A stretch of 64,000 bases of DNA from Antedon mediterranea (taxonomy: Eukaryota > Animalia > Echinodermata): positions 6,758,001-6,822,000 of the forward strand of contig NC_092680.1 of assembly GCF_964355755.1 (NCBI RefSeq), read 5' to 3'. The translations under genes were made by a program, and so were the position numbers. The notes under the pieces were generated by a model, which was not told the origin of the DNA, ran no database searches, and worked only from the letters and a program-made list of their open reading frames with translations. Positions 9,801-20,321 of this stretch are shown piece by piece (positions within the stretch are counted from its first letter, which is position 1; every line of letters starts with the position of its first letter).

Positions 9801-12800
9801 TTTTTGTAAAAAAAAGTTTCTCTCGCATGCATAAAAAACTATCGACTATAACATGTTCTTTTCCTCAACTGTTCTTTTTCCACAGCCAAAATTTTTGTTA
9901 TAGCGTCCCCTATTTTGCTTGTCAATTAACATTCAAAATGGCACTTGATATAGTCCTTTTTTGGAAACCGATATGGTAACAATAACACAAAAATAAGAAC
10001 TTAACTCTGCCTCATTAAATAGAGCAGTCAATCGTTCAAATCAGGAAATATTCTCACCATTCATTATTTGCATACTATTGTGTTGAATGAATTAAAGTTT
10101 GTTTAAATTGATGTAGTACAGTCATTCTCATATTCTCCTATTTATTTAGGTTTTGATTAAAGACACTACACTTATTCTCACTCCAGCACATATAAAAGCT
10201 TATATGTTAATGACATTTAAGGGACTGGAATATCTGCATAATAATTGGATATTGCATAGGGTGAGTCTTTTCCAAAATAATAAATTCTATCTAATAAGTT
10301 TTATTTTGACAATCAACAATATCTCCAGCCAGTAATAATGTGTTTAGTAATATGGAACTCTGACATTAATTTAAGAGAACTTTAAGCTACACACTGTGCC
10401 CATGGACATGGTGATGTCATATCATTAGCATGTTTGGGCATATAACTACCATATTTGGGCACATCTCACGTTTTTGTCAAACTAATTTGATAGTGTAGAC
10501 AGAACTTAGATTATTCCATTTTAATAATGACCGAGTTGTCTCCAGAAGATGGTGGTAGTATTGTACATACAGAGTTGGTTCATGGTGTTTGTAATATACA
10601 AATTTATGATGGTTATCTATTGGCTAAATACTAAACACCAATGGATCAATCTATTTATAAGTTAAGTTCACCGAGTGGAGACTGGCTGAAACAAAAACCA
10701 TGTGTTTAGAAAGGGTTGTGAAATATAAAATGGCCAAAGTTTTTATCAACAAATTGATTTCGTCATGCAAACCTTTAAACAATATATATATATCATATTT
10801 TCCATTATTTTTGTCATATTTTAATTCTTTTAGTGTTTTTTTTTCAACCACAGGACATGAAGCCCAATAATTTACTTGTGAATGAGGCTGGAGTCCTGAA
10901 GTTAGCTGATTTTGGACTTGCCAAAACGTTTGGTAGCCCAAATAGAGTTTACACACATCAAGTTGTTACTAGGTGTGTGATCTACTTGAATTTTTAAGAA
11001 TATTTTATTGCATTGTTTGAACACCTATACATCTACATTTAATTTCTTGGCCATTTGTACTTTTCTCGTAGTGTAAACCATGGGGTTGATTTTATAATTT
11101 CACCGTTTGGTGTGGGAGTACCTTCTTATTCCGAAATATTCTCATCATTTAACTCATAAGCATTCAATGTTTGCAGAGAGGTCAATAATCAAATCAGTTA
11201 ATTACCATATTACAGGTGGTACAGATGTCCAGAACTGCTGTTTGGTGCCAGGATATATGGTACTGGAGTTGATATCTGGTCAGCTGGATGTATTTTAGCT
11301 GAACTGCTTCTACGAGTACCATTCCTTGCAGGTGAAACAGACATTGATCAACTTGGTAAAATATTTGAGGCTTTAGGTACACCAACAGAGCAAGACTGGC
11401 CTGTGAGTTTTTCTTTTTTTTCATACGCATCCAACAGCGAGTAATTCACCAATTACAGGATGGATAAACTATTTTATAATTTATCTTGCTTATAAACTAA
11501 GTCGTTTGAGGATTAGAGAGTGGAGGTGAAAGAGTCATGAGTTACAACCCTGGCACTAGGTCAGGATTGAACCCTCATGGCACTAGGTCAGGATTGGAAG
11601 GCAAGCACATTAACTTTAAATCTTCACTTTAATCTTTAATTATGTCATCAAAAATAAGAGTCACTATTTCAACATTAATTATGTCATCTTCAGGTATTAT
11701 TATTATTAAATATGTTGATACAGTACATTGAATTTGTATCAGATAATTTCCCAAGTGATTGTGGGTTTGGTCTACTAGCATTCCTGCTCCCAACTAATCC
11801 ATTTTATCGTTATGACATCTGTTTGTGAATTACGCTCTACATTCATTTAATCTTTAATTAGGGTTCAGTATGTCAACATTTTAGAATCTTTAGCTGTATG
11901 ACAAAATAAATAGGTCTTTAAAACATGATGATGACATTTCATAGTGTTGAAATTAGTGTATATTTTATTGCTTATTTTTTAAAATGTTTCTCATTATTAT
12001 TATATTAAAATTTTACTTTCAAGGGAATGTCTTTACTACCAGATTACATTACATACAAGTCGTTCCCGGGTACGCCATTAAGAGATATATTTACTGCGGC
12101 CGATGATGCCCTGCTGGATTTACTACATAAACTGTTAAAGCTTGATCCTTCGCAAAGATGCACTGCCACCCAGGTAAGTTGAATAATAACTAGCATTTAT
12201 CAATTATTTTGCTTAAGTCAAATAGTTAAGAAGTGAAAGTCATTAAGTTTTTATTTAATACGGTTTTACCACGTTAAAATACCGGTTTTCGTCAGATCAC
12301 CGAATTTAAGCGACGTTAGGCCTGGTTAGAGCTTGGATGGGAGACCATCTGGGAATATCGGTGTATTGCTGTATATGGAGCTAGGGTCCCGTTAGGCATT
12401 GAAATCAGCATTGCTGACTCTTGTGGCAGCCCCTGCATCTAGTAAGTGCCTCAGACGTATTGGCTTATTCCTTTCCTCTTGTCAAGGTGGACACTGGACA
12501 AAAGAAGCCCTTGATCAATGTTAGGACCAATCAAGGTGCTTTAAACAGTCCTGGCTTTGTTTGTATCAAACCTGTTAGTGGCGGTATTGTTGGTTTCGAT
12601 TTAATAAAATAAAATTTAAAAAAAATTAAAAAAATTAGTTAATTTCCTGGTGACATTTTTTTTTCTGTGGCAGCTCCAATCCTGTGGAATTCCTTACCAA
12701 TTTCAACAGACAATGTGCCACTCTAAATATGAATAATATAATATAATCTCAATAACTGTATATTTAAAATAATTTTGTATTTAAAGGCCTTACAGATGGC

Positions 12801-15656
12801 GTTTTTTAGCAATGAACCTGGTCCAACACCAGGGCATAAGTTGCCTAGACCTGGACAACCAATAGCAGTCATCAAAGAAGAAGACAATAAAAGACCCTCA
12901 CTTAAAAGGAAGGTTATGGAAGAAGCAGGTAATTGAATTTATTATAAAAAGTGTTATAGTTTATGAATTCAGTGTGCCTAGATTTTGATTAGAGGAAGGT
13001 TATGGAAGAAGCAGGTAATTGAATTTATTATAAAAAGTGTTATTGTTTATGAATTCAGTGTGCCTAGATTTTGATTAAAGATGGAAGAGGCGATTTAATT
13101 AGATAAAAGTCTTTTTAACACATCTACTGTTCTAGAGTAAACACTAATAATCGGCTTCCATTTTGGAATTGATTGTCAAAAGCTCTGCAAAAATTGCACA
13201 TGGATTATGGCCATGAAAGCAGAGCGGTGCACTCTTCAGGTGGCCTTCCTGTTCCGCAATATTCAGGCTTACCGTTTTACATAAAGAAATTACAAAGAAG
13301 TTACAAATACTACATTTTCACAGACAATTGAAATAAAATAGAGATATATGAATATATGGATCGAGTGTATAAAATAGATGATAACAATAGTTATAACTGA
13401 TGATTCATTGAAACAGAAAGATAAAAATAAAACAGACAGACAGCAATTAACTTGTTATATTTCAAACAATTTTTTTGCTGTTAAGAACTTGAAGATATGA
13501 AATATTTGCTTCATCATTGTATCACCATTCCCTGGAGAATATAACACTCATAATATTCTTTACAAAAATGTAATTACATTTATTTGTCAATGCGGGTTGC
13601 TGATGCCTTTTGCCAATAAATAGTTTTTCTTGCGTTTGTATCCTACAGTAATGTTAGGAAAGAAATAGGTGCTGCATAGGCAGGATCATGTATAAAAATA
13701 AAACAGAAAAAGTTATTGTTTCTGCCTCAAAATAAAATATTTATTTTGCTAGTACTTTTGACCATAGGTCATCAACAGTAATGTTATCTTGATTGAAGAA
13801 AAAAAACTTACAATTTGTCTATCAAGGCCGTTTTGATGTTGTTCTGAAATGTTATAATAATAATAATAATGCATAGTGTATCACGGTGCTGAAGTCATAA
13901 CGGTAGGTGGCGCTGCGTGGTTGCTATAGCGCAACCAAAAATGCGTTCAGCCTGCCTGATTGACTCCAAGGTCACCAATGGTTTGGAATAGGCTTATTGA
14001 AGTAGTCATTTTAAAACTTAATAATTTTTTATAAAAACAAACTAAAATTTCAAAAGATTCTTCAACTACAGTTTAAGTTTAAAAAAATCAAGCTAAGATA
14101 CATAATTTTGATAGAAATACATATCTTTACTGTTTATCAACATAGTAGCGCTGAACACATTTTTTGGTTGGCTAGCAACTATGCTGCGCCCTCTATCGTT
14201 GTGACGTCACACCAGGATACTCTATATATCCAATCAATGATTGCTCATAGGCACAGTACATACATGTATAAACCATTATAAGAATTGAAACAATTTTAGA
14301 AAGCAAGTTAAAATACCATAAAAGTTTACGACAATTAAATTGGTGTATTGTTAATAGATAATGAAAAACTAGATAAAAAAGGTTAGGTTAGCTCTATGAA
14401 TGAAGTTTCTCTTGCTTGGTTTTGTTAAATTGTCTATCTTGTTCTGCTTTATCACTGACGAAAATAGATTTTTTCTAACAAATTAATAATAAAAATTTTG
14501 AAACTTGGAGCTACACTTTAAAGCAAAACAAAATTCTTTTTTTAATGTACTGTTAAATATCTTTACCACTGATGAAAAATAATTTTTTATATTTTTGTAC
14601 ATTATCATGTTTATCATCATTTTACTTACTACTGATGAAAAATCTTTTTTTAATAAATCATAGAAATGTTTAAACTTGGAGCTAAACTTAAGAGCAAAAG
14701 AAACTTTTTTTTTAAAATGTGCTGTTAAATATCTATACCGACAAAAAAAAGAATCTAACACTACTGCAAGAAAAAAATGAGTTGCTAGTAGGAAGCAAGG
14801 GCATTTAAAGGAGATTATTCTTGATAATGATAAAATTGTTTAAAGTACAAACAATTTTGTCATTCAGGTTATTGCCATGCGATCTAGATGTTACTCAGTA
14901 CTTAATAATTAAATTTACACTCAAGGAAATTAATTGATATCAGTACTTTTAAAGTACGCTGAGTCTCGTTCTGGATGGAGAAGGGATAATTATAGATTCC
15001 GGGGATAATGATAGTCTACATGTCTACCACCTGATAGACGTTAGGTCCATTGGGAGAGAAAAGCCTTGAGGATAAATGAAGGGAGGCTCAAAGCCAGGAG
15101 AGGCAGGTGTTAAAGGTCATGTTTTGTATCTTTAACAAGACCTTTGTATAGGTGAAAGTGACATATTTTAAATGAATTAATTAAATGGAATTAATATCTG
15201 TAAATAAATATCCTCAATATTTTTTAGTAACTGTTTACTTTGGTTTTCATTTGATTATCTATAATATGATTCTTTTCACTTTAAACAATATATTTTTTTT
15301 TCTAAAACAGGACATAGTTGTACAAATCAAAATGTAGAAATGTACTTTTAGTTTTAAATCTATAAAATAAATTTGCTATAACTATCATTCTACACATTGT
15401 AATACAGATTTAGTAGTGCGTGATTGTATAGGGGACATTACTAGTGTTTGGAATGGTCAATTGTTACATCCATATTCCTTGGGTAGTCAAGCCCCAACCC
15501 CCTCACCCAAACCTCTCTCCTTCCACCCCACTGCACTGAAAATAACTTTTTACATTATGACAACTATAATTTTTATCCAAGAATTATCTTTTTCTTAATT
15601 AATTATTCTCCAATTTAGGTTCAGTAGGACATATGGTTAAGAAACTTGTCTTCTGA
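3818..15656 (+). CDS. CDK7: Cyclin-dependent kinase 7 (CAK/TFIIH kinase), whole spliced gene: join(3818..3889,7763..7822,8518..8619,9306..9374,10150..10260,10854..10972,11216..11402,12024..12173,12787..12928,15619..15656), 349 aa
   Basis: All introns are GT..AG with matching phases. The translation has GEGQFA, VAVKK, the CDK7-diagnostic NRTALRE helix, [33 protein letters not shown] (T-loop Ser/Thr) and C-terminal KKLVF*. Confidence 0.97.
4988..5226 (-). pseudogene. MULE transposase terminal exon ([64 protein letters not shown]...)
   Basis: ttttgttatttcag acceptor and a 78-codon open frame; YLLI.LLHEE and LWDEY..G.RS..SLL resemble animal MULE transposase C-termini. Confidence 0.75.
5276..6411. 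mobile_element. Non-autonomous Kolobok-type element nested in the MULE transposase intron
   Basis: TTAA TSD (5272-5275, 6412-6415), 28-bp TIR aatggacctgaaatgga(t/a)tttcgatttt, RR..YY ends. Confidence 0.85.
6459..6493 (-). pseudogene. MULE transposase penultimate exon remnant ([11 protein letters not shown])
   Basis: Matches the EG(W/Y)HNRLN motif; its gtaaga donor is phase-compatible with exon 5226..4988; truncated by an insertion at 6494. Confidence 0.65.
6494..6775. mobile_element. Truncated TIR-type element with repeated tcgaaaacagagacc motifs in both orientations
   Basis: Starts GGGTGTCTCGAAAACAGAGACC exactly where the transposase exon breaks; internal direct and inverted repeats. Confidence 0.6.
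7763..7822 (+). CDS. CDK7: CDK7 exon 2 ([20 protein letters not shown])
   Basis: Polypyrimidine tract + aag acceptor, gtatgt donor, VAVK catalytic Lys. Confidence 0.95.
8030..8215 (-). mobile_element. Degenerate tRNA/Deu-domain SINE copy
   Basis: Shares agtccttatccgagaaga..ttctaccac.agaac.atgg with the copy at 17185-17487. Confidence 0.65.
8272..8450 (+). mobile_element. DINE/HINE-like (Helentron-associated) short repeat
   Basis: actagaagggcac..aacctttgcc start, (acag)-type microsatellite remnant, ggcggaagtt sub-terminal inverted repeat. Confidence 0.5.
8518..8619 (+). CDS. CDK7: CDK7 exon 3 ([34 protein letters not shown])
   Basis: NRTALRE motif; cag acceptor, gtaagt donor. Confidence 0.97.
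9306..9374 (+). CDS. CDK7: CDK7 exon 4 ([23 protein letters not shown])
   Basis: Hinge region; ttttacag acceptor, gtaagt donor. Confidence 0.95.
9387..9501. mobile_element. Harbinger/Tourist-like MITE family B (TIR AGCTCTGTCTACACTATC, TAA TSD)
   Basis: taa|agctctgtctacac...gcagagct|taa; five copies in this window. Confidence 0.8.
9686..9733. mobile_element. 48-bp hairpin with the same CAGGGAAGAGTTAAATTA end as 54133; degenerate 7-bp TSD (gttgtac/gttctat)
   Basis: Read directly; 5/7 TSD match. Confidence 0.6.
10150..10260 (+). CDS. CDK7: CDK7 exon 5 ([37 protein letters not shown])
   Basis: tttag acceptor, gtgagt donor; matches ORF 10153..10335. Confidence 0.96.
10385..10506. mobile_element. 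MITE family B copy
   Basis: ctaccatatttgggcacatc...tttgatagtgtagacaga shared with the 9387 copy. Confidence 0.75.
10854..10972 (+). CDS. CDK7: CDK7 exon 6 ([40 protein letters not shown])
   Basis: Catalytic loop, DFG and T-loop; cag acceptor, gtgtgt donor (phase 2). Confidence 0.97.
11216..11402 (+). CDS. CDK7: CDK7 exon 7 ([62 protein letters not shown])
   Basis: Kinase subdomains VIII-X; tacag acceptor, gtgagt donor. Confidence 0.97.
12024..12173 (+). CDS. CDK7: CDK7 exon 8 ([50 protein letters not shown])
   Basis: Subdomain XI Arg; aag acceptor, gtaagt donor. Confidence 0.95.
12256..12635 (+). mobile_element. 5S rRNA-derived SINE (SINE3-type) in CDK7 intron 8
   Basis: About 115 nt of clear 5S similarity (accacgttaaaataccggttttcgtcagatcaccgaatttaagc...cctggttagagcttggatgggagacc..tgggaata), then about 230 nt of non-5S body and an A-rich tail; no oligo-T terminator at the 5S end. 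Confidence 0.75.
12649..12726 (+). mobile_element. L2/CR1-group LINE ORF2 3' fragment ([17 protein letters not shown])
   Basis: Matches the GDRAFSVAAPxLWNSLP motif typical of L2 ORF2 C-termini. Confidence 0.65.
12787..12928 (+). CDS. CDK7: CDK7 exon 9 ([47 protein letters not shown])
   Basis: FSN.PGPTP..LPRP and KRK motifs as in CDK7 C-tails; gtaatt donor (phase 1). Confidence 0.93.
12907..13078 (+). repeat. 86-bp tandem duplication spanning the CDK7 exon 9 3' end and donor
   Basis: aggaaggttatggaagaagcaggtaattg...gattttgatta at 12907 and 12993, near-identical. Confidence 0.95.
13873..14225. mobile_element. MITE with about 80-bp imperfect TIRs
   Basis: atagtgtatc..ggcgctgcgtggttgcta..caaccaaaaatgcgttcagc is mirrored by gctgaacaca..ttggttggctagcaac..gcgccctctatcg..gatactctat. 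Confidence 0.7.
15619..15656 (+). CDS. CDK7: CDK7 terminal coding exon ([12 protein letters not shown])
   Basis: tttag acceptor in phase 1; KKLVF* corresponds to the conserved CDK7 KKLxF end; AATAAA at 15683, 16556 and 16954 downstream. Confidence 0.9.
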
Positions 15657-17184
15657 AAAAAAATGTGAAAAATCAGGCTATTAATAAACTGAAGTTGGAG
15701 CATGTGCAGTGAGATGAGAAGCTGTCCTCTCATCTGTCCAGGTGAGATGTATGGAATGCCTATGATGTCATAATGATATTGGTACTCAATGTTTTTGAAT
15801 GAATCTTTTGTACTTATTTATTTACATAACATTCAAACTGCAAGATGGCAAAGTTTACTAAACTCTTGGTACAAAACTCTGATTGTGGTGGTTTTGCTTG
15901 ATACTTGCCAACTGCAGAATGACAAGTCCTTGTACAAGGCTTATATGGTACTGGTTATGCTTTGAAACTACCACCTTGAGTGTGAAATTTGTACTGCTAA
16001 ATCATAGTATTAAAATTCATCAACCACTAAAATTGAGATTTAAAAATTCCATGATGTGGTTTTATATTATGAAGAGCTATTTGTTGTCTGAATCTGAAAT
16101 ATTACGGGTGGCGTTATAATATCCGAAAGAGCTCTAGTGGAAGCAGAAAATTAGAAGATGGTGTCAACAAAGATTGTTGTAAATTCCAAAATGAGTATTA
16201 TAAACAAACCACATAAATCATGACAATACAATACACTTTTTGCAGATTAATTTTTTTTCTAGAATGACAATTACATGAATATTTTCTTGGTAAAACTTAT
16301 TTGCACAGAGGATCAGTTTAGAATTTAGTACTATTGTGGTATTACATTCTTGTAACTTGGTAGGCGCAGAGTGCAGGCATAGTGGTACATGACCTGTAGC
16401 AGAGTTTGAAGTTTCAATCTTGCATCTGATTGGCCAATTTACAGCTGTCGTATTTTAAAAAGAACATTACATCTGTATCTAATTCGTTTTGAGTTGATTT
16501 TTGCTATCAGCTTAAATATAACATTTAAATTTCACAAGTGTTATATAGATTTGAGAATAAATAAAGAAAAATGTTGTAGCATGTGAGCATGTTGAGAAGT
16601 GTACCTTACCAAAATGGAGCACGATTTTCAAATCTCTTGTGTTATGCTTACGTCGTTGCTTTGCATCCAAGTGTACCAAGCTTTAGTATTAATTTATTGC
16701 AACACTCAAATTTCAATACATTCGTATATTATCAGCAAGACTAAAAGCGGCAGAATTTTTTCTGCAGAGCTATATACATTCAAAGATATTGTATAATTGA
16801 AATACTTTGTACATGTCATGCAATGTGATGTCAGATTTGAATCTGTCATTAAGAAGAAACCTTTAATAATATTAAATATTTTAATAGATTTGTATATGAA
16901 TCATATGTCGTCTGTTACTTCATTTTATTACATTTTTTTAGCTACACAAACACAATAAAACTGAAAGTTAAACTCTCTAATTCTAATGTAATGCCCAAAC
17001 GTCTGTCATTTCTGATATGTGTAAAAATTAATGATTTCCTTTTAGAATTAAAAAAGAAATTATAAGAATATTTAAAATATTTTAAGAAAGGGAGCTATAA
17101 TCTAAAACATATTTCGTTTTTAAATTTGTAAAAATTAGATCTGTTTATTTTTTTTGCTTTTTTTTCCCCAGAACAAATTGAAAT

Positions 17185-17487
17185 ATATATTTATACTGGG
17201 TAACCTCTTCAGTCAATGACTGGTTTCCCAGAGGGCCCAGTTGGTGATCAGTGGCTGTGATGTACTAATACACCGGGGTAACCCCCTATTTGTCTCGTAA
17301 GATGTACTAGGTTCTTTAAAGTGCACATGAGCTAGATGTGTACACTGGACCTACGGTTTATAGTCCTTATCCGAGAAGACTCGTTCTACCACCAGAACCA
17401 TGGAGCGATGAGTGAGCCTCAAACCCCTGCCGTTGTTATGGCTAGGTAATTACGGTTCCACTGTCTTAACCGCTCGGCCACTCACTC
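17185..17487 (-). mobile_element. tRNA-derived SINE with a Deu/Nin-type core domain
   Basis: Minus strand: box A tggccgagcgg, box B-like ggtttgaggc, core ctcggataaggactataaaccgtaggtcc...ttaaagaacc...tagggggttaccccggtgt, AT-rich tail. Confidence 0.75.
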
Positions 17488-19567
17488 ACTCATATAATAA
17501 TGTCTTATTTACATTAACTTTCACTATAGTATAGTTCGTATTTACATTTGAATTAATGCTTTAATTTTTCTTCACCCTTTTATTTTATTTGGTTGCTTTT
17601 TACATTTCAAATGCTAAGAAGAAGTATACCGTATTCTTGCTTTGTATTTTTAGAGATTTTTGCAAGATAACATCCACAATTTTCAAGTTATCATCCTAAA
17701 GACATTTGATTTGTTGATGACAACACAAAAGCTTTATTAAATCTTGAGTAAATCAATCCTAAAATCTTTGTTGCTCTTTGTATTTTGCCAAGTAGTTTCC
17801 TCAGTTTTATTTTTTCAGCAATTGGTTTCAGGAAAAGCTAACGAATCATGATGCATTGATTCTGCTAGGAATTTTTTAGAATCTTTGATAAATGAGTAGC
17901 CATTGTATATATTCAAGTCATGAATACCAAGCTAATGTTTTCTTTACTGTATACATTGTTAAATCTAATGTAGTGATATGTCGCCAGTGTCATTTGTGGA
18001 TGTCTATATTGTGATGTATTATTAACAATTAAACGTTAGCTAGCTAAAGGAAAACAAGTCTTCTAGATGTTGTCAAAAAATGTTCTTCGTGAAGAAATAA
18101 GTACCAAACCCATTTTATTCTCCAAAGATCTGAAAACCATTGAATTAAATCGGTTATTTTAAATGATATAATGAAATATCAATCATATTGTGAAAATTTA
18201 TGTTCATATCCTTGCAAATAAGCTTGTTCAGAACAATTTTTTTTGGACATATATGTAGACACATCCACACCCAGATCTGTTAGCAATTCCTACATACAAG
18301 TCCATGTGTTATGTATGAAGTAATTACCTCCCTAACAATTTCTCTTTTTCTAGTAAGCAAGTCTGCAATGCATGTACACATTGAAATGATTTAAAACCAA
18401 TGCTAATTTAATTTGATATAGAGTATTAATTTAATAATAATTTAATGTTTACATATTTAATAATTTGGTTCTCCTTCTTGGTGAATATTAAACATCCACA
18501 CATCCTATTTCGCATTTACAACATGAATCATAATTCCTGCTTTAGACATGTAATTTTTGATTCTGGAAGTCATAGTTTATGTTCAATTACTCTGGAGAAA
18601 AATTCAGGGTCATACACGAGTATTTTAATGTGAAGTCGTGCATTCATCTGGGAATACAGTATATGCCTATCCCGGACAGTAGTCACCAGTATGGTTGGTC
18701 TGGTTTCAACCTGACCACTTTTTGAAAGGGCACATTGATTATGCTGCTAGAGATTAATTGATACATTTTTTCAATTTCTATTTAAGAATATCGTTGGCAG
18801 CTGAAAAATGTTAGTAATATTTAATTGCTGTTTTGAAGGGAGGGAGTGAAAGGGTTGTGGGGTGGGAGGGGTTTTTATTGTAATGAATCTCGCAACCACA
18901 CCACTTTAAGTTGTGTGGTGGCTATGTCTCTGATAATGTTTACATTCTGTGTGTCCACAAGGCATTTGCTGAAAATCATACCATACATGGAAATTCAGGA
19001 AAGGCGAGCTTCAATACACTATTGTTGTGAAACTACGTTAGGATCGCTTGGAATGAATTAATCATGGTGGTATACGTGCAAGGGTTTGAAGGATGACCAA
19101 AAGCCATGCATTCAGCCGTGAAAGGGTCAAAACTCTATGAAAATTGTGAAATGTAACAATTGGAACGTTTGATGAAAATGATTTAAAAAAAATTTTTTTT
19201 ACCCAAAAGCAAAGAATCTAAAGCACTCTATTAAATATATATTTTTCTGGAAATAAATAGTTTTGTTAACAGATAAAATGTTGCCTCTCTGTTTAACTTT
19301 TAATGATGATGATGAGTTCAGTATTTAACCAATCTGTTGTCGATATCACCCTTGATAGACTTGGTGTCGACACATGCAATTGTGTTCCTGTTGTATATGA
19401 CAGTGACAGACAACTGTTGCTTATTTGGGTGCATTTTTGTGGCCTAAGGGTAGTGAAGCCAACTTTGTTATTATTTAAAAGAATGAATAGTAGGCAGTGT
19501 TGTCAGTTTTAATGATCTGAAGAAAAAAAATACACAATAAAAAAAGGGAACTTTATCTCATTGATCT

Positions 19568-19835
19568 CAGTAGAACACTTAATTTGGGACACCCCTATGC
19601 AGGGGACACCACTATTTAATGAGGTTTTATTATCCCTATTCAGAGGACACCCTTATTAAGAAGAGGGTTTGTTTCTGGCTCCCTAAGGTGTCCTCTTAGT
19701 AAGGGTAGCCAACATTTTCCGTGGACATCTTTTATAAAGTAGACACCTTGTAGGGGTTAGCCAACCTTAGTCGTTAGACACCCTTATTAATGAGATTTAT
19801 TGAGTCCCAAAAGTGTCCCCTTAGTAGGAGTTAGG
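19568..19835. mobile_element. Degenerate pogo/Tc1-like MITE (CAGTAGAAC start, repeated gggacacc motifs); related remnants near 20345-20410, 41850-41900, 50048-50095 and 57050-57200
   Basis: Repeated ggggacacc / gtgtcccc motifs; TA-CAGT ends in some copies. Confidence 0.5.
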
Positions 19836-20184
19836 ATGAAATGCAATGGTAATTTAAATAATGTAAAATACTTACATAAAAAGAAATGATACAGAAAGTA
19901 GAAATCATATTTTTGAGTGACAGGATATGTATATTAATTTACTATCACAGGAATTCATCTTATAAACATATGCCACCATGGGACATTAAAGTTATCGAGA
20001 AGGCCTGGCATTTTAATTTAAACATTCCTTATTTATAATTCTATTAACTGTTTATTAATAATAATGAGATGGAAATTATCTCATATGTCATTACATACAT
20101 ACATGTCATTTCATATCAGTAAAAATACTTTCTGTTTACAAATAAATGTTTAAAAAACATGCAAATAGACGGTATAGTGTTTAA

Positions 20185-20321
20185 AGCTCTGCATATACTA
20201 TCAAACTTAATGTGATGTGCTCATGGACATGATGATGTCATATCATTACCATATTTGGGGATATCACTACCATATTTGGGTACATCACACATCAAACTAG
20301 TTTAATAGTGTAGACAGAGCT
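20185..20321. mobile_element. MITE family B copy
   Basis: agctctg...gtgtagacagagct with TWA flanks. Confidence 0.8.

Noticed and set aside
12256-12375. Functional 5S rRNA gene
   Set aside because: Many substitutions, damaged ends, no oligo-T terminator, single intronic copy followed by a body and A-rich tail; better read as a SINE or pseudogene
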